The notes below the pieces were generated by a model. That model searched no databases, was not told where the DNA came from, and saw only the letters and a program-made list of their open reading frames with translations. Shown one piece after another: positions 1-9,454 of a stretch of 64,000 nt of DNA. Both the position numbers and the translations under genes were made by a program. Numbering within the stretch: position 1 is the first letter of the stretch; every line of letters starts with the position of its first letter. The DNA comes from Patescibacteria group bacterium. Its GTDB lineage: Bacteria; Patescibacteriota; Minisyncoccia; Phycocordibacterales; Phycocordibacteraceae. The stretch spans positions 16,048-80,047 of the forward strand of contig JBBUDY010000047.1 in NCBI GenBank assembly GCA_038057055.1. The letters are read 5' to 3'.

Positions 1-1023
1 CTTGTGAAGAATTACGGCGATTGGTTTGGTATCAACTACGCAATCACCTATTTCTATAACGTATATGGTCCAAATGAGCGTACAGGTGCTATGGGAACCG
101 TTGTTGCTATTTTCAAAGAACAATACAAGCGCGGGCTTCCGCTTGGCGTTGTTACTCCCGGAACGCAGGAACGTATTTTCACGCACGTGCACGATATCGT
201 TGATGGTCTTAGCGTTGTTGGAGAAAATGGAGCGGGTGATGGGTATGGTATCGGAAGTGAAGACACATTCTCTATTTTAGAACTCGCAAAACTCTTCGGC
301 AGAGAAGTCGTGATGCTTCCCGAACGACAAGGAAATCGTATGCAAGCAGTAGTAGATACCGTGAAGACGCGCTCGCTCGGTTGGGCACCACACAGGTCGC
401 TCAAAGACGATATTGCCGAATTCGTGAAGCATGCGAAACCCGAACCGGCACCCGATAAACGCATACTCGTCTTCACCACGACATTCCACCCCATTTCGGG
501 TCCCGCAGAAGACGCACTTTGCGAACTCATGCGGAAGTTGCCGGATGTCCATTTCGACATCATTACCGCGGCACACGCCAAGGAAGCACTCGACATTCCT
601 TGTATTGTCGCCAATGGCACCGTGTATCGTGTTGGGTTTGGGAACCGATTCGACAAATTCCTTCTGCCGTTCGTCGGGATACACAAAGCACTCCGTCTCG
701 CGAATAGACACAGATATCTCTTTTCGTGGTCCATTATGGCAAGTTACGGTACGTTGCCTGCACTTATCGTGAGAAAAGGGAAGCTCATCCCGCTTCTTGT
801 AACGCTTGCCGACCAAAGTCTCTCCTGGTATGAACGTCTCTTCTTGCGTCTTATCCTATCGCATACCGACCAGGTATATACATCAACTCCAGAACAGGGA
901 CAGAAGCTTATCTCGCTTGAGAAGCGTATGCGCGCGCGAAAATCCCTCGGTGCGGGCGACTCCTTTGCTAACCAGATTCGCTTCGCCTACTCCGCAATTT
1001 TGCGCAAATACAATGTCAGATAA
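1..1023 (+). CDS. 5'-truncated ORF: C-terminal half of an NAD-dependent sugar epimerase/dehydratase (GalE-like) fused in frame to a GT4-type N-terminal (acceptor-binding) domain that lacks the catalytic C-domain
   Basis: Frame is open from the window edge. Residues ~1-140 (…LGWAPHRSLKDDIAEFVKH) look like an epimerase C-terminus. After the linker AKPEPAPDKR, 'ILVFTTTFHPISGPAED…VHFDIITAAH' parallels the N-terminus of the downstream GT4 (KKILIFSLAYYPNFVGGAE…FEFHMITLRF). There is no stop between the two parts. Confidence 0.6.
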   Translation, partial: LVKNYGDWFGINYAITYFYNVYGPNERTGAMGTVVAIFKEQYKRGLPLGVVTPGTQERIFTHVHDIVDGLSVVGENGAGDGYGIGSEDTFSILELAKLFGREVVMLPERQGNRMQAVVDTVKTRSLGWAPHRSLKDDIAEFVKHAKPEPAPDKRILVFTTTFHPISGPAEDALCELMRKLPDVHFDIITAAHAKEALDIPCIVANGTVYRVGFGNRFDKFLLPFVGIHKALRLANRHRYLFSWSIMASYGTLPALIVRKGKLIPLLVTLADQSLSWYERLFLRLILSHTDQVYTSTPEQGQKLISLEKRMRARKSLGAGDSFANQIRFAYSAILRKYNVR

Positions 1024-2239
1024 AAAGGTCAAGAAGATACTTATCTTCTCTCTCGCGTATTATCCGAACTTTGTCGGCGGCGCGGAAGTTGCCATAAAGG
1101 AAATTACCGACCGGATTTCTCCAGAGGATTTTGAATTCCATATGATAACGCTTCGCTTTGATTCGCGTCTGCCGAAGACAGAAAAGATTGGAAATATTTT
1201 TGTACACCGTATCGGTTTTTCACGACCTTCGCCGGCAATCGGCGATCTGAAAAAATTCCCACTCTTTTTAAATAAATACTGGTTTCAGTTCATGACTGCT
1301 TTTGCTGCCGCGCGGCTTCACCGGGTATACCGTTTTGACGGTATCTGGGCGATGATGGCACACTCCTGCGGCATTCCGGCAGGGATTTTTAAGACGTTTC
1401 ATCCCGAGGTGAAATATGTACTCACGCTCCAGGAAGGAGATCCGCTCGAATACATCGAGCGGCTTGCGCGACCGGTATGGCCTCTTTTTAAACGAGGCTT
1501 CACGAAGGCTGATGAGGTTGTGGCGGAATCAACATTCCTCGGTCGGTGGGCGCGCCGTATGGGCTTTACAGGGCCTCTCGAGGTGATTCCGAATGGTATG
1601 GATGCCGAACGGTTCGCGCGTACACCGTCTGGAAACGAACTTACAACCATTTGCGAGGAGATTGGTAAAAAAGAAGGTGAGACGTGGCTCATTCACACCG
1701 GTCGATTGGTGCATAAAAATGCGCTTGATATCGTCATTCGGGCGTTGCCGCTTTTGCCGGAATCGGTGCACTTTTTTATGCTTGGTGACGGCACGGATAA
1801 AAGAGCGCTTGCAAGACTTGCAGAGGAAATTGACGTTTCGAAGCGGGTCCATTTTCACTCTTACGTCTCGCTTACAGCGATTCCACTGTATCTGAAAGCT
1901 TGTACCATCTTCATTCGTCCTTCGCGTTCCGAGGGCATGGGCAATTCATTCATTGAAGCGATGGCGGCGGGACTTCCGGTCATCGCGACGCAGGAGGGCG
2001 GCATTTCGGATTTCCTCTTTGATGCGAAACGGAATCCCGATAAGCCAACGACCGGCTGGGCGGTTGATACGGATTCACCCGAACAAATAGCGAAGGCGGT
2101 TACAGAAATTTTGAAAGACCCGGAGAGGGTCACACAAGTGCAAACGACCGCCAAGAGGCTCGTTTTCGCGAAGTATAACTGGGATCTTATTGCTAGCGAT
2201 ATGAAAGCGACCTTCGACCGGCTACTCGGGAACGGGTAG
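1013..2239 (+). CDS. glycosyltransferase family 4 (GT-B, retaining)
   Basis: Internal ATG at 1013 (MSDKKVKKILIFS) overlaps the previous stop. N-domain GGAEV motif. C-domain 'GRLVHKNALDIVIRAL…SEGMGNSFIEAMAAGLPVIAT' is a typical GT4 E-x7-E region. Confidence 0.8.
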   Translation: MSDKKVKKILIFSLAYYPNFVGGAEVAIKEITDRISPEDFEFHMITLRFDSRLPKTEKIGNIFVHRIGFSRPSPAIGDLKKFPLFLNKYWFQFMTAFAAARLHRVYRFDGIWAMMAHSCGIPAGIFKTFHPEVKYVLTLQEGDPLEYIERLARPVWPLFKRGFTKADEVVAESTFLGRWARRMGFTGPLEVIPNGMDAERFARTPSGNELTTICEEIGKKEGETWLIHTGRLVHKNALDIVIRALPLLPESVHFFMLGDGTDKRALARLAEEIDVSKRVHFHSYVSLTAIPLYLKACTIFIRPSRSEGMGNSFIEAMAAGLPVIATQEGGISDFLFDAKRNPDKPTTGWAVDTDSPEQIAKAVTEILKDPERVTQVQTTAKRLVFAKYNWDLIASDMKATFDRLLGNG

Positions 2240-2240
2240 A

Positions 2241-3335
2241 ATGGGCCTTATGCGACTCGTTATTGCGACGCCTTTATACCCACCGGAAATCGGCGGGCCT
2301 GCGACGTATGCAAAGCTTCTCTCTGAGGGATTGCCGGCAAAAGGGATAGAAGTTGAGTTGGTGAAATTTAGCGACGTTCGGCATTTGCCTAAGCTTATCC
2401 GCCACGTTGCCTACTATCGTCGCGTGTTGAAAGCGGCACGAAACGCGGATGTTGTTCTCGCTCTCGATCCCGTTTCAACGGGACTGCCGGCAATGAAAGC
2501 GGCCCGAAGGGCAGGGAAGCCATTTGTGGTGAAAATAGTTGGCGACTATGCGTGGGAGCAAGGACAACAGCGATTCGGTGTCAAACAGAACCTCGATGAA
2601 TTCGTTCAGACTCGGCGCGTGCTGTTTGCTGTGCGCGTGCTCCGGCGGATTCAAACGCGCGTCGCGGCTGCCGCGACGCGCGTCATCGTGCCGAGCGAAT
2701 ACTTGAAAGACATCGTTGTTGCGTGGGGCATCCCGACCGACAGGATTCGGGTTATCTATAATGCTGTGCCACTAGGACATACAGGAAATGTGCCTGAAGC
2801 CGTGGCGAAGTTGCCGCGGCCATTGGTCGTGACTGCAGGACGTTTGGTACCGTGGAAGCATATGGATGGTGTTATTGATGCGGTAGCGGGTATGTCTGGT
2901 GTCTCGCTTGCGATTGTGGGTGATGGACCGTTACGCGCGTCGCTTGCACAGCATGCAAGTGAGAAGCTGCGTGAACGGAGTGTCATCACGGGAGTGTTAC
3001 CACACGGCGAGACTCTCGCAGTGATGAAATCCGCAGATGTGTTTGTGCTTAACTCGTCGTACGAAGGGCTTTCCCATCTTCTCATCGAAGCGCTGGCGCT
3101 CGGAGTTCCCGTTATTGCAACTCGTGTCGGCGGGAATCCTGAAGTCTTACAGCACGAGGAGAATGGGTTTCTGGTGCCACCCGCAGATACTCCCACTCTT
3201 ACGCATACGCTCGCACGTGTGTTTACCGAAAACAATATGCGCGTACAGATGTCGGCGCACGCGCGAGAATCCGCAAAACGTTTTTCGGTCGAAACGATGA
3301 TTTCTGCAACCGCGACGACACTCTCGAACTTATGA
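2241..3335 (+). CDS. glycosyltransferase family 4
   Basis: ATG 1 nt after the upstream stop. 'YPPEIGGPATYA', 'GRLVPWKHMD…YEGLSHLLIEALALGVPVIATRVGG' GT4 motifs. Confidence 0.8.
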   Translation: MGLMRLVIATPLYPPEIGGPATYAKLLSEGLPAKGIEVELVKFSDVRHLPKLIRHVAYYRRVLKAARNADVVLALDPVSTGLPAMKAARRAGKPFVVKIVGDYAWEQGQQRFGVKQNLDEFVQTRRVLFAVRVLRRIQTRVAAAATRVIVPSEYLKDIVVAWGIPTDRIRVIYNAVPLGHTGNVPEAVAKLPRPLVVTAGRLVPWKHMDGVIDAVAGMSGVSLAIVGDGPLRASLAQHASEKLRERSVITGVLPHGETLAVMKSADVFVLNSSYEGLSHLLIEALALGVPVIATRVGGNPEVLQHEENGFLVPPADTPTLTHTLARVFTENNMRVQMSAHARESAKRFSVETMISATATTLSNL

Positions 3336-4480
3336 AAGCCCTCTTTGTTTCCAACGACCCGACGATATTTGATGCGACCAGCTCTGCGCGCGCGCGTATG
3401 CGCACGTACGCTGCGGCAATAGGAGAACTGCATATTGTGTCCGCCGCAGGTCTTGGCGTGCGCGAAGAGCAGGATGGAAACCTCTGTCTGTATCCGGTAC
3501 ACGCCTGGAAACTTTTTCGAGTGCATGCACTCGCGCGAAAAGCACGCGAGATTATCATTGCGAATGATATTCAAATTGTTTCCGCACAAGATCCGTTCGA
3601 ACACGGACTCGCCGCACTTCGGGCAGTACACGGCACGAATGTAAAACTGCATATCCAAGTACATACCGATTTCCTTTCTCCGTGGTTCGTGAGAAGCGGT
3701 AATTGGAGGAGTCCTTCTGTCCGTATGCCTTTCCTGAACCGGTATCGGCGCCGTATTGCTGATGAGGTATTGCCGAAAGCCGCTGGCATCCGTTCGGTTT
3801 CGGAACGCGTAAAACGATCGCTCATTGAACGGTATGGTTCTTGTATTCCCGAACCATCAGTCATTCCGGTACCAGTCGACTCTATCGTACCCGAACCCGT
3901 GCGATTACCGTCACATCCTGCGTTCACCTTCGCTCTCATCACCGTTGGGCGGCTTGAACCAGAGAAGCGTGTTGAAGACATTCTTGCTGCACTTGCGCTC
4001 GTAATTCCGCACTATCCTATGGTGGGACTCTTTGTCGTTGGTGAGGGGAGTGAACGTAGGAAACTTGAGCGTATGACACATTCGCTCGGTCTCACTACTC
4101 ACGTTATTTTCATCAAGAACTGGCTTCCGACAAATGAAGCTCGAGGACTTATGGCAAGCGCGCACGCATTTGTTCAGGCAAGTGCGTATGAAGGATATAG
4201 CCGCACACTTATCGAGGCGGCACTAGCGAGGGTCCCAATTATCACGACCGACGTGGGTATTGTTGGAGAAGTCTTGGTGGGATATGAAGATGTGTTGTCA
4301 GTACCGGTCGCCGATCCTACTGCACTCTCGCTCAGTATCGTGGGATTCATTGAAGATAATGCGGTGCGACAAGGACTTCCGCCACACGCTGAAGCGACCG
4401 TTCGCGCCCATCTTGCGGCGGTCGGGAATATACCAGAGCGAGTTGCTGCAGATCTTGCGGAGACAGTCACACGCACATGA
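3332..4480 (+). CDS. glycosyltransferase family 4
   Basis: ATGA start/stop overlap with upstream gene. 'TVGRLEPEKRVEDIL…ASAYEGYSRTLIEAALARVPIITTDVG'. Confidence 0.75.
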   Translation: MKALFVSNDPTIFDATSSARARMRTYAAAIGELHIVSAAGLGVREEQDGNLCLYPVHAWKLFRVHALARKAREIIIANDIQIVSAQDPFEHGLAALRAVHGTNVKLHIQVHTDFLSPWFVRSGNWRSPSVRMPFLNRYRRRIADEVLPKAAGIRSVSERVKRSLIERYGSCIPEPSVIPVPVDSIVPEPVRLPSHPAFTFALITVGRLEPEKRVEDILAALALVIPHYPMVGLFVVGEGSERRKLERMTHSLGLTTHVIFIKNWLPTNEARGLMASAHAFVQASAYEGYSRTLIEAALARVPIITTDVGIVGEVLVGYEDVLSVPVADPTALSLSIVGFIEDNAVRQGLPPHAEATVRAHLAAVGNIPERVAADLAETVTRT

Positions 4481-5499
4481 GATTGCTTATTGTTACGCAG
4501 GTGGTTGACGCGAAAGATCCGATTCTTGGATTCTTTGTACGATGGCTGGAAGAATTCTCAAAACACGCCGAACAGATTGAAGTCGTGTGTCTTAAAGAAG
4601 GCACCCACTCCTTACCTGCAAACGTGCGAGTGCATTCGCTCGGGAAGGAAAAGGGTGTATCGCGAATGAAATACATTTTTAATTTTTATACGTATATCTG
4701 GGAACTTCGTCAGCAATACGATACGGTTTTTGTTCATATGAATCCGGAATACCTCCTCCTGGGAGGTCTCTTTTGGCGGTTGGCGGGGAAGAAGATAGGG
4801 TTTTGGTACAACCATCCTCATGCGGGAATACGACTGCGTATCGCCGCGCAGCTTTCGAATAAAGTATTCTTTACGTCCCCCTTTGCTGCGTCAGCTACGT
4901 TCCCTCACGCAAAACGTATGCCGGCAGGCATTGATACGGACGTGTTTAAACCACAACCGGTGCCGTATGATAGGCAATCCTTGTATATGCAGGGCCGTGT
5001 CATGCCCTCGAAACATCTTGCTGTCGCACTTGAAGCTTTGCAGATACTCCGCAAGACCATTTCGGCAAAATTAATTCTCGTTGGTCCGGAAGACCCTACC
5101 TATGGAGAGTCTCTGCGCATTCGATTTTCTGACCTTGTTGAATCAGGTGCGGTTGTTTTTGCAGGACCGAAACGTAATGACGAAACCCCGCCGTACTACG
5201 CAGCAGCGGGTGGCTCCATAAACCTCGCTTCCGCCGGGCACTTTGACAAGTCGGTACTTGAATCAATGGCGTGTGAGACACCCGTTATTACCTCAAGTCC
5301 TGCCTTTGTCGATATCATTTCATCCGAATGGGTAGTGAAAGAGAATGACCCCCCCGCTCTTGCTGCGACGCTTGAGCGCCTTATTATGTTTCCGGAAGCG
5401 GAATATCACGCGCTCAAAAAGACTCTCCGCGCTCGTGTGGTGGCGAGTCACAGTCTTCGTGAGCTCGGTATACGTCTTTTTGCCGAGATGAACATATAA
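4477..5499 (+). CDS. GT-B fold glycosyltransferase (GT4/GT1-like)
   Basis: ATGA overlap. 'MRLLIVTQVVD…GFFVRWLEEF' N-domain. C-domain 'GRVMPSKHL…ESMACETPVITSS'. Confidence 0.7.
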   Translation: MRLLIVTQVVDAKDPILGFFVRWLEEFSKHAEQIEVVCLKEGTHSLPANVRVHSLGKEKGVSRMKYIFNFYTYIWELRQQYDTVFVHMNPEYLLLGGLFWRLAGKKIGFWYNHPHAGIRLRIAAQLSNKVFFTSPFAASATFPHAKRMPAGIDTDVFKPQPVPYDRQSLYMQGRVMPSKHLAVALEALQILRKTISAKLILVGPEDPTYGESLRIRFSDLVESGAVVFAGPKRNDETPPYYAAAGGSINLASAGHFDKSVLESMACETPVITSSPAFVDIISSEWVVKENDPPALAATLERLIMFPEAEYHALKKTLRARVVASHSLRELGIRLFAEMNI

Positions 5500-5505
5500 T
5501 TCCGT

Positions 5506-6573
5506 ATGAAATCCTTACCCACCGTGTTGTATTTTGGCATGAACCCTCCGGAAAAATCCGCACGGGACGCTCCGTACATTGCGGGATTGCGTGATAAGGG
5601 CGTGACGATTCTAGAGTGTGTTGATTCGGCACCCCGCTTCGGGAAGTATTGGAACCTCATCCGCAAACACTGGGCCCTGCGGCACTCCTATGACGTGCTC
5701 TTCGTCGGACATACCAGTACGTATGTGGTGCCGCTTGCTCGTCTCATTTCGCGCAAACCGATTGTTTTCAATGCACTCAACCCATTCTATGACAGTCTTG
5801 TGCTCGAATGGGAAATGTATAAACCATACTCATTCGGTGCGATGTTTGTCTGGGTTATAGATTTTCTGTCGCTTAATTGCGCAACGGTCGTACTTTTGGA
5901 AACGAATGAACAAATAAAGAATGTGCACCGAACTTTTTTTGTTCCGCTCCGTAAACTTGTACGTGTTTGGACCACAAACGACCCGCAGCTCTACGCTCCT
6001 GATCAAACCGTACAGAAAAATAAACAATTTCTCTGTGTGTACCGAGGGAATCCAACACCCGTGACGGGGGCTGAATATATCGTGGAGGCGGCGAGATTGC
6101 TTCGGGATGAGGATATTTCATTCCGTTTTATTACACGAGGAAAATTAGTTCAGCGCCTCGAGCAGATGGCACGTGACTATAATCTGCACAACATAGAATT
6201 CCTAACCGAATATTATTCTTTTGAAAAATTGCGAAAACTTATTCTCGAGGGGCACGTTCTTCTCGGACAATTTAGCACGCACGCAAGATTAGACAGAACT
6301 ATCCAATTTAAGACTGTTGAGGCGCTCGCGTTCGGTATGGCGTATATTACGTCTGATCTGCCCAGCAATCAGGAATTGCTCCATGATGGGGTAGACTGTC
6401 TCTTGGTTCGTCGGGGGGACCCGCGCGACCTCGCTGATAAAATACTCCTGCTGAAGAAAGACCCGGCGCTTCAACAACAGCTTAGCGAGGCCGCATACGC
6501 GCTGTATCAAAAAGAGCTCGCACCACCTGTGCTGGCCGAGCAGATTCTGCAGCTATGCCAAGGACTGCTATGA
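5506..6573 (+). CDS. GT-B fold glycosyltransferase (GT4-like)
   Basis: C-domain 'FKTVEALAFGMAYITSDLPSNQELL…DCLLV'. Same strand as and tightly packed with the preceding GTs. Confidence 0.65.
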   Translation: MKSLPTVLYFGMNPPEKSARDAPYIAGLRDKGVTILECVDSAPRFGKYWNLIRKHWALRHSYDVLFVGHTSTYVVPLARLISRKPIVFNALNPFYDSLVLEWEMYKPYSFGAMFVWVIDFLSLNCATVVLLETNEQIKNVHRTFFVPLRKLVRVWTTNDPQLYAPDQTVQKNKQFLCVYRGNPTPVTGAEYIVEAARLLRDEDISFRFITRGKLVQRLEQMARDYNLHNIEFLTEYYSFEKLRKLILEGHVLLGQFSTHARLDRTIQFKTVEALAFGMAYITSDLPSNQELLHDGVDCLLVRRGDPRDLADKILLLKKDPALQQQLSEAAYALYQKELAPPVLAEQILQLCQGLL

Positions 6574-7604
6574 GAGAACACAACTACGCCTATATTTTCG
6601 GGGGAGCCATCGGGGACGCGCTCCTTGGGGCGCATCTCGGCCGTTCCCTTGCGGAAGCACAGCCTGGAGCGCGCCTGACCCTCATTACAACGCGTGAGAA
6701 CCCGTTTCTGCGCGATTTGCTGAAGCCACTCACTTTCGTTCGTTTACTTGAGATGCCCAAGGGGCGGCTGCGCTCATGGGCTATGCTCCCATTCTTTCGG
6801 GCATACCATCTTGTCTTCTCTGAACCCCTCTCTGCTCCTATACCGCTGTGGTGGCGTATCCTTGCTCGTGCTCTGACCGCGCGCCCAGGGAGTGTTGAGG
6901 TCCACTGTGTAGGGAAATCAGATACCGTACTTTTTCCTTGCGCGAAGAGCATTGTGTACGATTGTCGAACCGATAACGTGTTTGATCTCCCTCCGAAAAT
7001 ACTAGTCGCGTGGGGGTTGCCGTCAGTTAGTCTCACTCCGCACCTTGAAGCCTCTCTGTATGGTCCGCTAGAACAAGTGGCAGAGCGCTATCTTCTTTTC
7101 CATTTCTCGGCGCCGAGTATGAGGCGCAGCGTGCCGATTGCGCACGCACGCGAGATACTTGCACTGGTGCAATCGGCATTTCCAGCATACGATCTTGTGC
7201 TTACCTGTACTGCTGCAGATCGTTTGCGCACCGAAAAAATTGGTCAAGGTTATTCTATCCGCATTTTAGAAGACCTTCCGGCTGCCGCGCTCGTACGCAC
7301 CATAAGAAACGCAAGCGCATACGTGGGCGTTGATACTGGCGTCACGCATCTCTCATGTCATATCTGCACCCCCTGCGTTGTTCTTGGCAACCGCTCGAAT
7401 CCCTGCTGGCTTCCGTACTATGCACCGAAGGCGGAAATACTATTTGAGTCGCGTCGCTGCGGATGTCACGGAGACAAAACCGGTGATTGTACTGAAGAAA
7501 CACCCGAAGGTTCCGTCTATCGTTGCCTATTCGACATTTCGGCCGAGAGAGTCACGCATGCATTACACGAGCTTCTCTCGATTGATAGAGGGGTGGGTAA
7601 ATGA
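6570..7604 (+). CDS. glycosyltransferase family 9 (heptosyltransferase-like)
   Basis: Second ATG (6570) gives an ATGA overlap. 'YIFGGAIGDALL' N-motif and 'YVGVDTGVTHLS' (GT9 D-T-G-x-x-H-L signature). Confidence 0.65.
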   Translation: MREHNYAYIFGGAIGDALLGAHLGRSLAEAQPGARLTLITTRENPFLRDLLKPLTFVRLLEMPKGRLRSWAMLPFFRAYHLVFSEPLSAPIPLWWRILARALTARPGSVEVHCVGKSDTVLFPCAKSIVYDCRTDNVFDLPPKILVAWGLPSVSLTPHLEASLYGPLEQVAERYLLFHFSAPSMRRSVPIAHAREILALVQSAFPAYDLVLTCTAADRLRTEKIGQGYSIRILEDLPAAALVRTIRNASAYVGVDTGVTHLSCHICTPCVVLGNRSNPCWLPYYAPKAEILFESRRCGCHGDKTGDCTEETPEGSVYRCLFDISAERVTHALHELLSIDRGVGK

Positions 7605-7617
7605 TAAAATCAATACT

Positions 7618-8376
7618 ATGACCGCATCGCCATACTCTAAGGGATATTTTGGCGGAGGCGAGACAACACACACCGTTTCACTCAAGAAGAGGCGTTCGCG
7701 TTCGCATCGAGAAGAAATCGATGATTTCATTGCTCGTATTCCCCATGGTGCGTCGGTACTTGACGTCGGCTGCGGTCAAGGGCGTTTACTAACTCGTATT
7801 AAAGAGCAGCGACCTGATTTGCGGCTTTCAGGTATTGATATATCTGATGTTAAATCGTTAGTACCCGCAGGCGTCGCTTTCACCCAAGGATCAGTCGAAG
7901 ATTTGACGAATTTTTATGCACCGAACACTTTCGATGCAGTGTTGTGTCAGCATGTCATCGAACACCTTGTGTCCCCGATTAATCTCATCGCGGGTATACG
8001 GGAGGTGCTCCGACCTGGCGGCAGCTTCTTCATAGAGACGCCAAATTGGACTAGAATGTATATGCCTTTCTCTTTCCTCTATTTTTGGAATGACTATACT
8101 CATATTCACCCATATACTCCTTTTAGCATGAGCCGGATGCTTCTTGAGTATGAATTTTCTGTTGAATCGATTCGTACGCTCCCGTCATGTACGTGGCGCA
8201 TCCCTGGTCGATTCAAGAAATCGGAATTATCTAACGAAAAGAAACAGCCTCAAAAACAGTCCGTAAGCGCATTCGTATATACCCACCAGCAAAGCAGTTT
8301 TTTTGCACGCGGCCTCTCGTACTGCATCGACCCGCTCATCAAAGATTTACTTATTGCAGTTGGAACAAAACCATAA
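7618..8376 (+). CDS. class I SAM-dependent methyltransferase
   Basis: 'VLDVGCGQGRL' motif I, 'DAVLCQHVIEHL' motif II, 'LRPGGSFFIE' motif III. The start could instead be the ATG at 7558 (overlapping the GT9 gene). Confidence 0.7.
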   Translation: MTASPYSKGYFGGGETTHTVSLKKRRSRSHREEIDDFIARIPHGASVLDVGCGQGRLLTRIKEQRPDLRLSGIDISDVKSLVPAGVAFTQGSVEDLTNFYAPNTFDAVLCQHVIEHLVSPINLIAGIREVLRPGGSFFIETPNWTRMYMPFSFLYFWNDYTHIHPYTPFSMSRMLLEYEFSVESIRTLPSCTWRIPGRFKKSELSNEKKQPQKQSVSAFVYTHQQSSFFARGLSYCIDPLIKDLLIAVGTKP

Positions 8377-8380
8377 TCAT

Positions 8381-9454
8381 ATGCAACCGCTGTTGCTCTA
8401 CGTCAATCCTGCATGGCGTCGTAAAGGGATTCATACCCCACTTCTTAATCCATGGTGGGGAAATCTGATTGATGAGGCATCGATTTTCGCTCGTCAAATG
8501 TTCGACACCTATGCTCTCGACACGTCGGTTTACACCATAACGGACGAGAAAAAGGCAGCAGATATGGTACTCGCGCCTTACCGACATAATTGGATGCTTT
8601 CTTATGACCCCGAGCTCTTGACTGCCTGTATGCGCGTTGCGCGCGAAGAGAATCTCCCGCTCCTCCTCGATGGGGTGGGTGATATTGAGCACCCGGTTGA
8701 TATAGAGAACACCTTCGTCTTGCGTTTCGGAGGGTATCACTTTATACCAGAGCGTGGGCGGATTACGGTACCTCCGTTTACGGATGACCTTTTGGAACGC
8801 ACTCGAGACGGCCAGCTCGAAATTCGGAAAAAGGGAGAAGGGAAGCCTGTCGTTGGTTTTGCTGGTTGGTCCTCACTTTCTACTAAACAATTTCTCCGCA
8901 CAATCATAAAAGAGTTACCTGTGCGCCTCCGGGGAGTTTTTGATTCTCGGTACCGTGCTTGTACTAAGGGTGTATTATGGCGCCGGAGGGCGATTGGAAT
9001 ATTGCAACGTTCTTCGCTCATCTCGTTCAATCTTCGTGCCCGCAGTTCTTTTTCTGCGAGCCACAAAACAGCGAAAGGTGATATGCGAACCTTGCGAGAA
9101 GAGATGGTCGATACCATACTGCAAAGCGATTATGCGCTCGATGTTCGCGGGGACGCGAATAATTCAACGCGGCTTCAAGAGATCTTGTCGCTTGGGCGGA
9201 TCCCGGTCATCGTGGATACCGAACGGAATTTCCCATTCGCGGATAAAGTCGACTACTCTTCTTTTGCACTCATCGTTGATTTCCGCGACCTTAATTGCTT
9301 ACCCGAGAAAATAGCTGAATTTCACAAAACTGTTTCACCAGAACGATTTGAACAGATGCAGAGGAACGCACGCGATGCCTATGTGAAGTATTTCCGCATT
9401 GACGCACTTATGCGGCCTATTGTGGAGGAATTGCGGGTGCAATTATCTCGCTAG
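8381..9454 (+). CDS. exostosin-like (GT47-like) family protein
   Basis: C-terminal 'ILSLGRIPVIVDTERNFPFADKVDYSSFALIVDFRDL' resembles the conserved exostosin/GT47 C-terminal motif (…CIPVIISD…LPF.D.ldw..fsv…). Confidence 0.45.
   Translation: MQPLLLYVNPAWRRKGIHTPLLNPWWGNLIDEASIFARQMFDTYALDTSVYTITDEKKAADMVLAPYRHNWMLSYDPELLTACMRVAREENLPLLLDGVGDIEHPVDIENTFVLRFGGYHFIPERGRITVPPFTDDLLERTRDGQLEIRKKGEGKPVVGFAGWSSLSTKQFLRTIIKELPVRLRGVFDSRYRACTKGVLWRRRAIGILQRSSLISFNLRARSSFSASHKTAKGDMRTLREEMVDTILQSDYALDVRGDANNSTRLQEILSLGRIPVIVDTERNFPFADKVDYSSFALIVDFRDLNCLPEKIAEFHKTVSPERFEQMQRNARDAYVKYFRIDALMRPIVEELRVQLSR

Noticed and set aside
54-816. Minus-strand ORFs (54-734, 277-816; 226 and 179 aa) overlapping the first plus-strand gene
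   Set aside because: They are antisense to a well-supported epimerase/GT ORF, with low-complexity Ser/Pro/Thr-rich translations and no motifs. Typical shadow ORFs.
2756-3664. 302-aa minus-strand ORF spanning two GT4 genes
   Set aside because: It crosses the boundary of two convincing plus-strand GT4 genes in a GC-rich stretch. The translation is Arg/Ser/Cys-rich with no domain features.
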